Assembly: GCA_007375675.1 (NCBI GenBank)
Contig: VMEU01000001.1
Location: 40,458 to 104,457, forward strand
DNA: 64,000 nucleotides
From: Parcubacteria group bacterium Greene0416_39
GTDB lineage: Bacteria > Patescibacteriota > Minisyncoccia > Minisyncoccales > UBA10102
Reading direction: 5' to 3'
Below are positions 1-8,888 of the stretch, one piece after another. How positions within the stretch are numbered: the stretch's first letter is position 1; every line of letters starts with the position of its first letter. The position numbers were made by a program, and so were the translations under genes. The notes under the pieces are model-generated. The model searched no databases and had not been told where the DNA came from. It saw only the letters and a program-made list of their open reading frames with translations.

Positions 1-996
1 GCAAAAGAGATTGTCGCATACGCAGTGCAGAAAACCGCGGTGTCGCAGGCGCAAGAGATCACCACAAGTACTGTTGCGCTCCCTTCAGAGGATATAAAAG
101 GGAAGATCATTGGGAAGGAAGGAAGGAATATACGCTCTTTGGAGCGATTGGCAGGGGTTGAAATTGTGGTTGATGAAACCCCGGAAGCCGTGGTCATATC
201 TGGTTTTGACCCGGTGCGCCGCCACATTGCAAAAACCGCGCTGGAGCGCCTCATCAAAGACGGAAGAATTCACCCGGCAAGAATTGAAGAAGAGGTTGCC
301 AAGGCCGAGAAAGAAATAGACCAGCAGATGAAAGAAGCTGGGGAGGCAACCGCGTACGATTTGGGGATTATTGGTCTGGATCCCAAACTCGTTCAGTTGT
401 TGGGAAGGTTGAAGTTTCGCACGAGCTACGGCCAAAACGTTCTTCTGCATTCCCTTGAGGTTGCGTACTTATCTTCTGCTTTAGCTTCTGAAATTGGGGT
501 AAACGCAACAATTGCAAAGAAGGCAGGGCTATTCCATGACATTGGGAAAGCTTTGGATTACGAGGTTGAGGGTTCGCACGTTGACATTGGGATACGGGTG
601 CTAGAAAAGTTCGGAGTGGAAAAGGAGGTCATCATTGCCATGAAGTCCCACCACGAAGACTATCCGTATGAGTCTATTGAAGCTGTCATTGTGCAGACCG
701 CAGACGCAATTTCTGCGTCAAGACCTGGCGCGAGAAAAGACACTTTAGAAAACTATCTCAAGCGCATAGGGGAGTTGGAGAATTTGGCAAAATCTTTTCA
801 GGGCGTGGAGAAAGCGTACGCCATTCAGGCAGGAAGAGAAATCCGCGTGTTTGTAAAGCCAGGGGAAATTGACGACATTGCCTCAAAAAACATGGCGCGT
901 GACATTGCAAACCGAATTCAAGAAGAACTCCGCTACCCAGGAGAAATCAAAGTCACCCTCATTCGAGAGAATAGGTTTGTAGAAGTTGCAAGATAG
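1..996 (+). CDS. rny: Ribonuclease Y, 5'-truncated by the window start (KH domain + HD domain)
   Basis: KH motif IIGKEGRNIRSLERLAGV; HD motif LLHSLEVAYL...LFHDIGKA. Reading frame is open from nt 1. Confidence 0.85.
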   Translation, partial: AKEIVAYAVQKTAVSQAQEITTSTVALPSEDIKGKIIGKEGRNIRSLERLAGVEIVVDETPEAVVISGFDPVRRHIAKTALERLIKDGRIHPARIEEEVAKAEKEIDQQMKEAGEATAYDLGIIGLDPKLVQLLGRLKFRTSYGQNVLLHSLEVAYLSSALASEIGVNATIAKKAGLFHDIGKALDYEVEGSHVDIGIRVLEKFGVEKEVIIAMKSHHEDYPYESIEAVIVQTADAISASRPGARKDTLENYLKRIGELENLAKSFQGVEKAYAIQAGREIRVFVKPGEIDDIASKNMARDIANRIQEELRYPGEIKVTLIRENRFVEVAR

Positions 997-1005
997 AAGG
1001 ATCCT

Positions 1006-2616
1006 TTATACTCCGCAACCGCCGCCCCCTTGCTGTTGCGGAATAAGATTTGGAATCTTTGCGAGTTCCGCTTGAACGTTGCCGCTGCCCGAACCGCTCG
1101 AAAAATCTTTGCCCATTACCATTTTAGGGTCAACATTCTCCCAATCGGTGTTCTTCACCGCTTTAAAATACAACGCGGTTTGAATATAGTTATCGGGAAA
1201 CCAGAATGAGTTGAACGCGAGTGCTTCTCTGTAGAGTTCATCCTCAGTTAGTCCTTGAGTTGCGCCAAGCTGCAGGAGACCGAGAAGTGCCGATCCATGA
1301 TTGCAATCTTGGAAGAAGGTTGAGTTGTTACAACAAGGCCGGTAGGTATTTTGAGCGATTTTCGTAGCCAGTGCCTCGTGGTCTGGCGTAAGTTCCACAA
1401 TCTTGAATTTGTTGAAGTACGCGCCGCCATTTTCTTCTTTGCCCAAGTTCCAGCCGCCGGTTGATGCAAAATTGAAAAGCGATTTGCCGTTGATCGGGCT
1501 GTCTTTGTTTGACGACATATAATTGGTAAGTCCCAAGGGCCAGAGGAGATTCACGTAGTAGTTTGCGTTTTCTCTCGTCAAAAGCATAGGGTTCTCTGAC
1601 GGTTTGGTGAGCACGTCTTTCAGTTCAGGAGGTAGGCCACCGCGTTCTTCGTAGATGGCTTCAAATTTTCCCCGATCAATAACGCCATTTTCTACGAGCT
1701 TCATAACACTGTCACTCAATCGGATTTTGCTTTGAAACCCTTTTTCTGGCAGGACTTTAGCCACGACTTCATCAAATAACTTATTCCCTGTTTCTGAAAA
1801 ACTTGCGCTATTCAATCTATTGTCGCTGGTGGCAAGGAGCCGTGCAATTACTGGGTCGGTTTTGAGCATGCCCCAGGCAACGTGAGTTACTATCACAGTG
1901 AGAACCAATAACCCAATGAGCCAGTGCCTCTCATTTTGTTTCAAGAAAGGGTCTCGAGGCGCTGGGCAAACGCCCTTGGCGCAGTCAGACTCCAATTTCT
2001 TGATATCTTTTCTCGTCAACCAAATCGGCAATGCAAGAAGCCCCAACGAAAGCGCTTTGAGTTCCAATCCTCCCAAAGGAAAGACGGCGAGGCCGCCAGC
2101 GATGCCAATTGCAGAGAGAAGAGTTGAGCCGCACACAGGGCACGCAGAAGCCGCTATACCCAGGAGAGAGCCCAAACCCGTAGCGGGCCCGCCCTTGCTA
2201 AAGCTGCGGCGGGGAAAGCCAAATTTCCGCAGACGATAGACAACGAGCGAAACATTGATCCCGAACAGAACAATCGCGCCAACCGTAAGCACTACATACG
2301 GCCAGAAATACAAGGGCATGCCCTTAAAATCTCTTATGAAACTGCTAATGCTCGAATCGAGTCGGAGCACCCAATAGAGCGCAATAAAGAAAACAAGCGA
2401 AGCAAAAAAACCGATGAGACCGTAGAAGAGCTTGTTGAGGAACTTGACGTTGTCTGTAGATTCTTGCATAGCGTGAGATGTAATCTCTATATTACAACTG
2501 TTATGTTCTTTGCACCATGCCTCGCACTTTTCAGCCCATTCCCTTTCTTCATAACGAAATCCGCACTCCTCGCACTGATATAATTCTTTATTTTGTTGTG
2601 TGATTGTTTTGACCAT
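1006..2616 (-). CDS. Hypothetical membrane protein with N-terminal zinc-ribbon, CPVC-containing TM region and Cys-rich C-terminal domain
   Basis: 536-aa ORF: CxxC...CxxC at N-terminus, several hydrophobic helices, AASACPVCGS in membrane region, C-terminal PCCNNSTFFQDCNHG and GGGGCGV tail. Confidence 0.6.
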   Translation of the reverse strand: MVKTITQQNKELYQCEECGFRYEEREWAEKCEAWCKEHNSCNIEITSHAMQESTDNVKFLNKLFYGLIGFFASLVFFIALYWVLRLDSSISSFIRDFKGMPLYFWPYVVLTVGAIVLFGINVSLVVYRLRKFGFPRRSFSKGGPATGLGSLLGIAASACPVCGSTLLSAIGIAGGLAVFPLGGLELKALSLGLLALPIWLTRKDIKKLESDCAKGVCPAPRDPFLKQNERHWLIGLLVLTVIVTHVAWGMLKTDPVIARLLATSDNRLNSASFSETGNKLFDEVVAKVLPEKGFQSKIRLSDSVMKLVENGVIDRGKFEAIYEERGGLPPELKDVLTKPSENPMLLTRENANYYVNLLWPLGLTNYMSSNKDSPINGKSLFNFASTGGWNLGKEENGGAYFNKFKIVELTPDHEALATKIAQNTYRPCCNNSTFFQDCNHGSALLGLLQLGATQGLTEDELYREALAFNSFWFPDNYIQTALYFKAVKNTDWENVDPKMVMGKDFSSGSGSGNVQAELAKIPNLIPQQQGGGGCGV

Positions 2617-2627
2617 AGGATTTGTGG

Positions 2628-3116
2628 TTATTCGTACCGAATCTCAATCTGGTCTCCGTCTTTGACGAGATAGTTTTGGAACTCGGTGTTTGGTTCGCCG
2701 TTGACGAACATTTTGACCGCTCCTTCCGACCCATTGCAATGTTCAAGAATGCAGGAGCCGTCGAATTTCTTGCCCCATATCGCAAAAAAGCTTCCGAGAC
2801 GAACGTCCTCTTTTTTGACGGGTCCACTCATGACTTCCCAATGGAGCGTTCCCGAATCATCATGGGTATGGATATCCGTCATTCTCATCATGGGATCGTA
2901 GCGCGGGTACCCCGCATATTGCATGCCGATGCCTATATTTGCGGGAATTTTGGTTTCTTCTCCTTTGACAACGGTTTTCAATTCCGGGTGCCAGTGAATT
3001 CCTGTGCGGGAGATGATTTCGTCTTGTGGCACAGTGGTGCGAGTGCCAGAGTACCAGATGAGCGCGCCGAGCCCGCCAAGAACCAGCACACCCATAGCTA
3101 TTTGTAATTTTTTATT
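2628..3116 (-). CDS. Hypothetical membrane-anchored His-rich protein
   Basis: Start at MNKKLQIAMGVLVLGG (N-terminal TM anchor); repeated HWHPE / IHTHDD / LHWE motifs. GGAGG lies upstream of the internal ATG. Confidence 0.5.
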   Translation of the reverse strand, partial: NKKLQIAMGVLVLGGLGALIWYSGTRTTVPQDEIISRTGIHWHPELKTVVKGEETKIPANIGIGMQYAGYPRYDPMMRMTDIHTHDDSGTLHWEVMSGPVKKEDVRLGSFFAIWGKKFDGSCILEHCNGSEGAVKMFVNGEPNTEFQNYLVKDGDQIEIRYE

Positions 3117-3132
3117 CATAGCGCTTTGCAGT

Positions 3133-3465
3133 TTAGTATAGTTTTCCTCCAAGGGGAATATCCTTATCAGGAGCAATTAAGATACATTCGTGGTTTTCGT
3201 CGGGAATCCCAAGCGTCAAAACCTCAGATACCTCAGGCCCAATCTGTTTTGGTGGGAAGTTTACAACGCACAAAACTAATTTCCCTTTTAGTTGGTCTTT
3301 GGAGTAATTCTGTGACAATTGAGCACAGGATTTTTTGATCCCAGTTTCAGGCCCCAAATCGATTTTGAGTTTGTAGGTTGGCTTGCGTGCTTCTGGGAAA
3401 TCTTCTACCTGCACAATTTTTCCCACCCTGATATCCAGTTTTTGAAAATCTTCGTACGTTGCCAT
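3133..3465 (-). CDS. csaA: tRNA-binding protein CsaA/YgjH family (EMAP-like tRNA-binding domain)
   Basis: 110 aa; LDIRVGKIVQVEDFPEARKPTYKLKIDLG...LVLCVVNFPPKQIG is typical of the tRNA-binding domain. Confidence 0.75.
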   Translation of the reverse strand: MATYEDFQKLDIRVGKIVQVEDFPEARKPTYKLKIDLGPETGIKKSCAQLSQNYSKDQLKGKLVLCVVNFPPKQIGPEVSEVLTLGIPDENHECILIAPDKDIPLGGKLY

Positions 3466-3467
3466 GG

Positions 3468-3538
3468 AGCGGGCGAGGGGAGTTGAACCCCTGTCTTGAG
3501 ATTGGAAATCTCAGGTAATACCGTTATACGACGCCCGC
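3468..3538 (-). tRNA. tRNA-Gly(TCC)
   Basis: Cloverleaf read on the minus strand: acceptor GCGGGCG/CGCCCGC; anticodon stem TGAGA/TCTCA with loop TTTCCAA; T-loop GGTTCAACTCC; CCA encoded. Confidence 0.8.
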
Positions 3539-3547
3539 CTTCGCCTG

Positions 3548-3618
3548 TCGGGGTGCTCGGATTCGAACCGAGATTAAATCCTCCCAAAGGACTCGTGCTG
3601 CCGTTGCACTACACCCCG
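3548..3618 (-). tRNA. tRNA-Pro(TGG)
   Basis: Acceptor CGGGGTG/CACCCCG; D-stem GTGC/GCAC; anticodon stem AGTCC/GGATT, loop TTTGGGA; T-arm CTCGG-TTCGAAT-CCGAG. Confidence 0.8.
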
Positions 3619-3631
3619 ATATTTCTTTATT

Positions 3632-3746
3632 GTAGTCGCCTTTGGCAAACCCCGGGGAAACCTTTCTTATGCCGTCCCGCTACGCGGGACATGGCAATCA
3701 AGGTAGGTTTCCCGCCAAAACTCAAGCAGTTGAGTTTTGGCCCCAA
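3632..3746 (+). ncRNA. Conserved tRNA-associated structured element, copy A (unknown function)
   Basis: Shares architecture and sequence with 14664-14771 and 15758-15867: a 5' tetraloop hairpin; CCCGGGGAAACCT...AGGTTTCCCG long-range stem enclosing a TTATGCC/GGCA(T)A stem and a GTCCC/GGGAC hairpin; then CAAAA + CTCAAGCAGTTGAGTTTT terminator-like hairpin. Confidence 0.55.
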
Positions 3747-3775
3747 AGCACTCGTACTGCCGGTATACGACACCC
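3739..3775 (-). pseudogene. Partial duplicate of the tRNA-Pro 5' half (acceptor + D-arm + 5' anticodon stem/loop only)
   Basis: Minus-strand read GGGGTGTCGTATACCGGCAGTACGAGTGCTTTGGGG matches the first 36 nt of the adjacent tRNA-Pro at about 30/36 positions. No T-arm or 3' acceptor follows. Confidence 0.55.
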
Positions 3776-3894
3776 CGTAAAATCACCCCGTGGTGGAAAA
3801 ATAGGAACGAAGTGACGTAAGAAACCTAAGGTTTCTTAAGCTGGGGGTCGGGGTGATTTTTCTTTTATATCATTTTCTGTGGTATAATTCAAGA

Positions 3895-4860
3895 ATGAAT
3901 GTTCAGGGGTTGGTTGCCGAACTAAATCTTGCTGCAAAAGCGCGACAATACGGAGTTCCCTTATGGCAGCACCCGCAGTTCCTTTTCTTTGTGATGGGGG
4001 TTATCATCGCCGTTTCCAGCATCTTTTCGTATAGTTTGGGAAGGCGATACATCAGCGATCCTTACCTCGTTTCCCTTTCCGTTCTCTTCTTTACCGCGCT
4101 CTTCCTTGCCATTGCTTTTCTTATCACGAGAAGTTTTGAGAGATTGGCTGAAGCAGCAAGGTTAAAAACAGAGTTTTTGAACATAGTGTCTCATCAGCTC
4201 CGCTCGCCCTTGTCTAACCTGAAATGGACCTTGGAGGTGATGATGGAAGGAAAAAGTGAAAAAAGCGAGGCAGAAAAAGCAGAGTACTTCAGAATTCTCA
4301 AAGAGAACAGTGCCCGCATGCAAGAATTAGTGAATGACTTGCTCTTGGCTTCAAAGATTGAAGAAGGAAAACTTCAGTCAGAAAGAAAAGAATTCTCTTT
4401 GCTTGAGCTCGTGAAAGACGTGGCAGGAGAGTTTGCTCCTTGGACTCAAGCGTCAAACGTTACAATTGCGGTAGAAGGCGGATCACAGATCCAAAGAATT
4501 GTTTCAGATCCTTCTTTGGTGCGCCAGGTGCTTGGGAACCTCGTGGACAATGCCGTGCGCTACGCCTCGCAACAAGAAAGCGTTATTATAATTTCTTACA
4601 CAAAGCAAGGCAAGAACGTGAAGATTGAGGTGCAAGATAATGGCCTAGGCATTCCAGCCGGAGACCAGAAGTATATCTTTCAAAGATTTTTCCGATCCAG
4701 AAATGCTTCTCGCCAAGAAACCCAGGGGTCTGGCCTTGGCCTCTACATTGCCAAAGCCATGGTAAAGAGTTTAGGAGGAGACATAGGGTTTGAATCACAA
4801 GAACATAAAGGGTCGAAGTTTTGGTTCACTATTCCTTTTAACCAGAGTTCATCCGCATAA
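3895..4860 (+). CDS. Sensor histidine kinase (HisKA + HATPase_c)
   Basis: H-box FLNIVSHQLRSPLSN; G-boxes GLGLYIAKAMVKSLGG; N-terminal TM helices. Start taken at MNVQG, 6 nt after a TATAAT. Confidence 0.8.
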   Translation: MNVQGLVAELNLAAKARQYGVPLWQHPQFLFFVMGVIIAVSSIFSYSLGRRYISDPYLVSLSVLFFTALFLAIAFLITRSFERLAEAARLKTEFLNIVSHQLRSPLSNLKWTLEVMMEGKSEKSEAEKAEYFRILKENSARMQELVNDLLLASKIEEGKLQSERKEFSLLELVKDVAGEFAPWTQASNVTIAVEGGSQIQRIVSDPSLVRQVLGNLVDNAVRYASQQESVIIISYTKQGKNVKIEVQDNGLGIPAGDQKYIFQRFFRSRNASRQETQGSGLGLYIAKAMVKSLGGDIGFESQEHKGSKFWFTIPFNQSSSA

Positions 4861-4950
4861 ATCAGCTAAATCAGCATTAATCTGCGGGATGCGAAGAACA
4901 AGGTTAACCGCTGATCTATACTGATACTGCGGATTGATGCTGATAATACT

Positions 4951-5313
4951 ATGAAGACTATCTTGTTTATTGAAGACGAACAAGCTCTCCAGAAAACCGC
5001 CGGAGATACGCTGCGCGAAGCTGGGTTTGAGGTGATCTCGGCCTTGGACGGAGAGATCGGGCTCCGCCTTGCCAAAGACAAGAACCCAGATCTTGTTATC
5101 CTTGACTTGGTGCTTCCCAAGCTGGATGGATTTGAAGTGCTGAAAGCGTTCAAGGAAACGCAAGAAACCTCGCACATTCCTGTCATGGTTTTGACAAACC
5201 TTGAGGGTATAGAGGATATCCAAAAAGTGCTTAGCTTGGGAGCAACTACGTATTTGGTAAAAGCAAATTACACGTTGGCTGAGCTCGTAGAAAAAGTGAA
5301 AAGTGTTTTGTAG
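4951..5313 (+). CDS. Single-domain response regulator (CheY-like receiver)
   Basis: 120 aa; DLVILDLVLPKLDGFEVL; phospho-acceptor Asp context; conserved K near C-terminus. Confidence 0.85.
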   Translation: MKTILFIEDEQALQKTAGDTLREAGFEVISALDGEIGLRLAKDKNPDLVILDLVLPKLDGFEVLKAFKETQETSHIPVMVLTNLEGIEDIQKVLSLGATTYLVKANYTLAELVEKVKSVL

Positions 5314-5328
5314 ATTAGCATTATACTT

Positions 5329-7083
5329 ATGCATATTGAGTCTGAACAACTACAAGCGTTTCTGCTAGACGCAAACCTTGTGCCAAAAGGAAAGCTTGAG
5401 GGCGCAGTAAAGTCGGCACTAAAGGCAAAGAAGCGTCTTCGAGACGTGCTGTTGGAACAAAATCTTCTTACCGAGGAGACTTTATTGCGCATGGAGGCCT
5501 ACATCTTGGGCATTCCCTTTGTTGATCTTGAAAAAGAAAAAATTGACCCCACGGTCTTAAAAATAATTCCAGAGCCTATCGCAAAGTCGCACAACATTGT
5601 TGCGTTTCGCAGCAAGGAGCAAGACCTTGAGGTTGCAATGTTAGATCCTGACGACTTGGCGACCATTGATTTCATTCGCAAGAAATCAAACCTAAAGATT
5701 CTTCCTCGTCTCACAACAACCGCAAGCATTAAGCAAGTTCTGCGCCAGTACTCAAAGAGTTTGGAGGCGGAGTTTGGAGAGCTCATCCAAAAAGACGCAG
5801 TGGGAATCAAGGTAGTGAAGGAGGATGAAGCGCAGAAAAAGGAAGGCAAGGAAGACCTGAAAAAGGTTGCCGAGGAACTCCCTGTCATCCGCATTGTTGA
5901 TACGTTGATGCGCCACGCAATTTTGCAGAGAGCTTCAGACATTCACATTGAGCCAACGGAAAAGGAAGTCGTTGTCCGTTATAGGATTGACGGAATCCTA
6001 AGAGACGCAATGGTGCTTCCCAAAGCTGCTTCGTCAGGAATTGTTGCGCGCATCAAAGTGCTTTCTGACCTTCAGCTTGACGAGCACCGTCTTCCCCAAG
6101 ACGGGAGGTTCAAGGTGGAGACTGACGAGTACCGCTATTCCCTAAGAGTATCCATTTTGCCTGTGTTTGACGGAGAAAAAATTGTGATGCGCCTCCTTTC
6201 AGAATCTGCAAACGCGTTTACCTTAGAGCAGCTTGGATTCAGAGGAGAGGCATTGGAGCATATCCAAAAGAGTTTGAGAAAACCCGTGGGCATGATTTTA
6301 GTCACAGGCCCTACGGGTTGCGGGAAGACGACAACCCTGTATTCTATGATGGAGATTTTGAATACGCCGCAAGTGAATATCTCCACCGTGGAAGACCCAA
6401 TAGAATACCGCATGCCCCGAGTAAACCAGACCCAGGTGAATTCTAAAGTTGGCTTAACCTTTGCTTCAGGCCTCCGTTCATTGTTGCGCCAAGACCCCGA
6501 TATTTTAATGGTAGGAGAAATAAGAGACAAGGAAACCGCAGACCTTGCCATTAACTCCGCGTTGACCGGCCACCTGGTTCTTTCCACTCTGCATACCAAC
6601 AGCGCGGCAGGTTCTTTACCTCGCCTTGTTGACATGGGAGCTGAGCCCTTTCTCATTTCTTCAACCTTGAGCGTTATTGTTGGCCAGCGACTGGTGCGCA
6701 GGCTTTTGGAGGAAAAGGAGCCATACAAGCTCACAACAAAGGAGCTCGCGAGACTTACGCCCTACTGCAACGTTGAAAAGATAACAAGGATTCTTCAAGA
6801 GCAGAAACTTTTGAGCCCCAAAGGAAGGCTTCAAGATGTGGAGTTCTTTAAGCCGAAACCAACAAAAGATTTTCCTGACGGATACAAAGGGAGGGTTGGG
6901 ATTTACGAAGTATTGCCCATCACCGAGAGTATCAAACAGCTTCTTGTGCAGAAGGCAACGTCAGACCAGATTCAAGAACAGGCAGAGAAAGAAGGCATGC
7001 TCACCATGGTGGACGATGGCTTTATCAAGGCAGTGCAGGGATTAACAACCATTGAGGAAGTCCTCAGAGTTATTACAGAGTAA
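5329..7083 (+). CDS. pilB: Type IV pilus assembly ATPase PilB/GspE family
   Basis: Walker A VTGPTGCGKTTT; GspE N-terminal domain; Asp and His boxes; 584 aa. Confidence 0.9.
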   Translation: MHIESEQLQAFLLDANLVPKGKLEGAVKSALKAKKRLRDVLLEQNLLTEETLLRMEAYILGIPFVDLEKEKIDPTVLKIIPEPIAKSHNIVAFRSKEQDLEVAMLDPDDLATIDFIRKKSNLKILPRLTTTASIKQVLRQYSKSLEAEFGELIQKDAVGIKVVKEDEAQKKEGKEDLKKVAEELPVIRIVDTLMRHAILQRASDIHIEPTEKEVVVRYRIDGILRDAMVLPKAASSGIVARIKVLSDLQLDEHRLPQDGRFKVETDEYRYSLRVSILPVFDGEKIVMRLLSESANAFTLEQLGFRGEALEHIQKSLRKPVGMILVTGPTGCGKTTTLYSMMEILNTPQVNISTVEDPIEYRMPRVNQTQVNSKVGLTFASGLRSLLRQDPDILMVGEIRDKETADLAINSALTGHLVLSTLHTNSAAGSLPRLVDMGAEPFLISSTLSVIVGQRLVRRLLEEKEPYKLTTKELARLTPYCNVEKITRILQEQKLLSPKGRLQDVEFFKPKPTKDFPDGYKGRVGIYEVLPITESIKQLLVQKATSDQIQEQAEKEGMLTMVDDGFIKAVQGLTTIEEVLRVITE

Positions 7084-8307
7084 ATGCCAACATATTCTTA
7101 TGAGGCTATATCTTCAACCGGCGAGCGTATAGGAGGCAGGGAAGTCGCGGTCTCAGAAAGGGAACTCGGGCAACTCTTGAAAGCGCGCGGCTTGGTACTG
7201 GTGCAAGCCAGTAAAGAAGCAGAAAAAAAACAGGGATCTGCGTTTTCTGATTTTTTTGCAGGGTTTTTTGGAGTGTCTCTCGCAGAGAAGCTCATGTTCA
7301 CGAGAAACTTAAAGGTTATGGTAGGAGCCGGAGTTGCCTTGCCCAAGGCCCTTGAAATTTTAACGCTGCAGGCAAAAAACAAACAACTCCGCAAGGCCTT
7401 GGAAGACATGCGCCAAAAAATATTCCAAGGGCACACGCTTTCTCAAACAATGGAGGCGCACCCCGCAGTGTTCTCTGAGCTTTTTTCCAATATGGTGAAG
7501 GTAGGAGAGGAGTCAGGAACGTTAGGCAGCGTTCTCGCGCAGCTCGCCTTGCAGATGGGGAAGCAGTACGAACTCAAAAGCAGAATCCAAGGAGCGCTGA
7601 TGTATCCTGCCGTGATACTTTTGGCAATGATTGGCATTGGGGTTTTGATGCTCGTGGTGGTAGTTCCCCAACTGGCCCGTACCTTTAAAGAGCTTAACGT
7701 TCCTCTTCCCATTACCACGCGCTTTGTCATTGGGTTGGGAGAATTTTTCACTCAGCGCTGGTACGTGGCCGCCGTCCTCTTCATTGCGGGGATTGTTGGG
7801 TTTTGGAAATTTGGGAAGACCTCAAGAGGCAAGGCGTTAAAAGACGCTCTCTTTTTTCGTTTCCCCATAATTGCCGGTATTATCTTAAAAACCAATGCAG
7901 CAACTACGGTTCGTACCCTAAGTTCTCTTATTGCTTCGGGGGTTCCTATTGTGAGGTCTTTGGAGATTACTTCTCGAGTGCTGGGAAGCTCCAAGTTTCA
8001 GCAAGCCTTATCTTTGTCAGCTCTTGAGGTAGGCAAAGGAGTGAAGCTTTCTCAGGCCCTGCGCTCCTATACGAATCTTTACCCTTTGCTTGTGGTTCAG
8101 ATGCTGGAGGTTGGCGAAGAAACAGGCAAGAGCGCGGAAGTGCTCTCACAGCTCGCCGATTTTTATGAAGAGGAAGTTGGGAACGCAACAAAGAACGTTG
8201 CGTCCGTCATAGAACCCTTGCTCATGCTTTTTATTGGAGGCGTGGTTGGGTTCTTTGCCGTTTCCATGATCCAGCCCATGTATTCCATTCTCCAAACCAT
8301 TAAATGA
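7084..8307 (+). CDS. pilC: Type IV pilus inner-membrane platform protein PilC/GspF family
   Basis: 407 aa; two GspF repeats; three TM segments; immediately follows pilB. Confidence 0.85.
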   Translation: MPTYSYEAISSTGERIGGREVAVSERELGQLLKARGLVLVQASKEAEKKQGSAFSDFFAGFFGVSLAEKLMFTRNLKVMVGAGVALPKALEILTLQAKNKQLRKALEDMRQKIFQGHTLSQTMEAHPAVFSELFSNMVKVGEESGTLGSVLAQLALQMGKQYELKSRIQGALMYPAVILLAMIGIGVLMLVVVVPQLARTFKELNVPLPITTRFVIGLGEFFTQRWYVAAVLFIAGIVGFWKFGKTSRGKALKDALFFRFPIIAGIILKTNAATTVRTLSSLIASGVPIVRSLEITSRVLGSSKFQQALSLSALEVGKGVKLSQALRSYTNLYPLLVVQMLEVGEETGKSAEVLSQLADFYEEEVGNATKNVASVIEPLLMLFIGGVVGFFAVSMIQPMYSILQTIK

Positions 8308-8312
8308 ACACT

Positions 8313-8340
8313 TGACAGTGTATATACAATGAGTATACTT
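8313..8340 (+). promoter_or_regulatory. Sigma70-like promoter TTGACA-16nt-TATACT giving a near-leaderless transcript for the TA pair
   Basis: TTGACA at 8313-8318; TATACT at 8335-8340; ATG at 8346. Confidence 0.5.
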
Positions 8341-8345
8341 AAAAC

Positions 8346-8597
8346 ATGGGAACGCTTAATATAAGAATCGATAAAAACATAAAAACGAGAGCAGGAAAGA
8401 CACTTTCTGCTTTGGGTTTAGATACCTCAACCGCAGTGCGCATTTTCTTGCATCAAGTGGTGGCCGAGAAGGGGCTTCCCTTTACTCCCACAAGAAATTC
8501 TGCAACTATCCGTATGCAATGGGATAAAGAAGTTGCCATGGCCAAGGGGAATAGCCGCCGCTACAAAACCGCGAGGGAAGCATTAGCCGATCTTTAG
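8346..8597 (+). CDS. dinJ: DinJ/RelB-family antitoxin
   Basis: 83 aa; LNIRIDKNIKTRAGKTLSALGLDTSTAVRIFL is typical DinJ; 1-nt gap to a toxin ORF. Confidence 0.7.
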   Translation: MGTLNIRIDKNIKTRAGKTLSALGLDTSTAVRIFLHQVVAEKGLPFTPTRNSATIRMQWDKEVAMAKGNSRRYKTAREALADL

Positions 8598-8598
8598 A

Positions 8599-8883
8599 AT
8601 GTACAGCATTATCCGCACGAAAGCTTTTGAACGTTCCTACAAAAGGCTGAAGCAGTCAGGCATGAAAGAGCAGGTTATTGATAGTTTAAAGAATGTCATT
8701 GATACGTTGGCATCAGGTAAAACGCTAGCGTCAAACCATCGCGACCACAAGCTTACCGGGTATTTTAGCGAGTATCGTGAATGTCATGTACGACCAAACC
8801 TGCTTCTTGTATATCAAATTGATCACGGCAATCTCATACTCATACTCGTTGATATAGGATCGCATCCTTATTTATTTGGTTAA
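8599..8883 (+). CDS. yafQ: YafQ/RelE-family mRNA interferase toxin
   Basis: 94 aa; HRDHKLTG...ECHVRPNLLLVY...DIGSHPYLF matches YafQ catalytic motifs. Confidence 0.7.
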   Translation: MYSIIRTKAFERSYKRLKQSGMKEQVIDSLKNVIDTLASGKTLASNHRDHKLTGYFSEYRECHVRPNLLLVYQIDHGNLILILVDIGSHPYLFG

Positions 8884-8888
8884 ATTTC

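Noticed and set aside
3632-3746. Possibility that the tRNA-associated element is SRP (4.5S) RNA because of the AAGCAG apex
   Set aside because: No GGAA tetraloop or symmetric/asymmetric domain-IV loops, and three divergent copies would be unprecedented for ffs.
3496-3780. 94-aa ORF spanning tRNA-Pro and the structured element
   Set aside because: Overlaps two well-formed tRNA genes and a conserved non-coding element; no protein motif.
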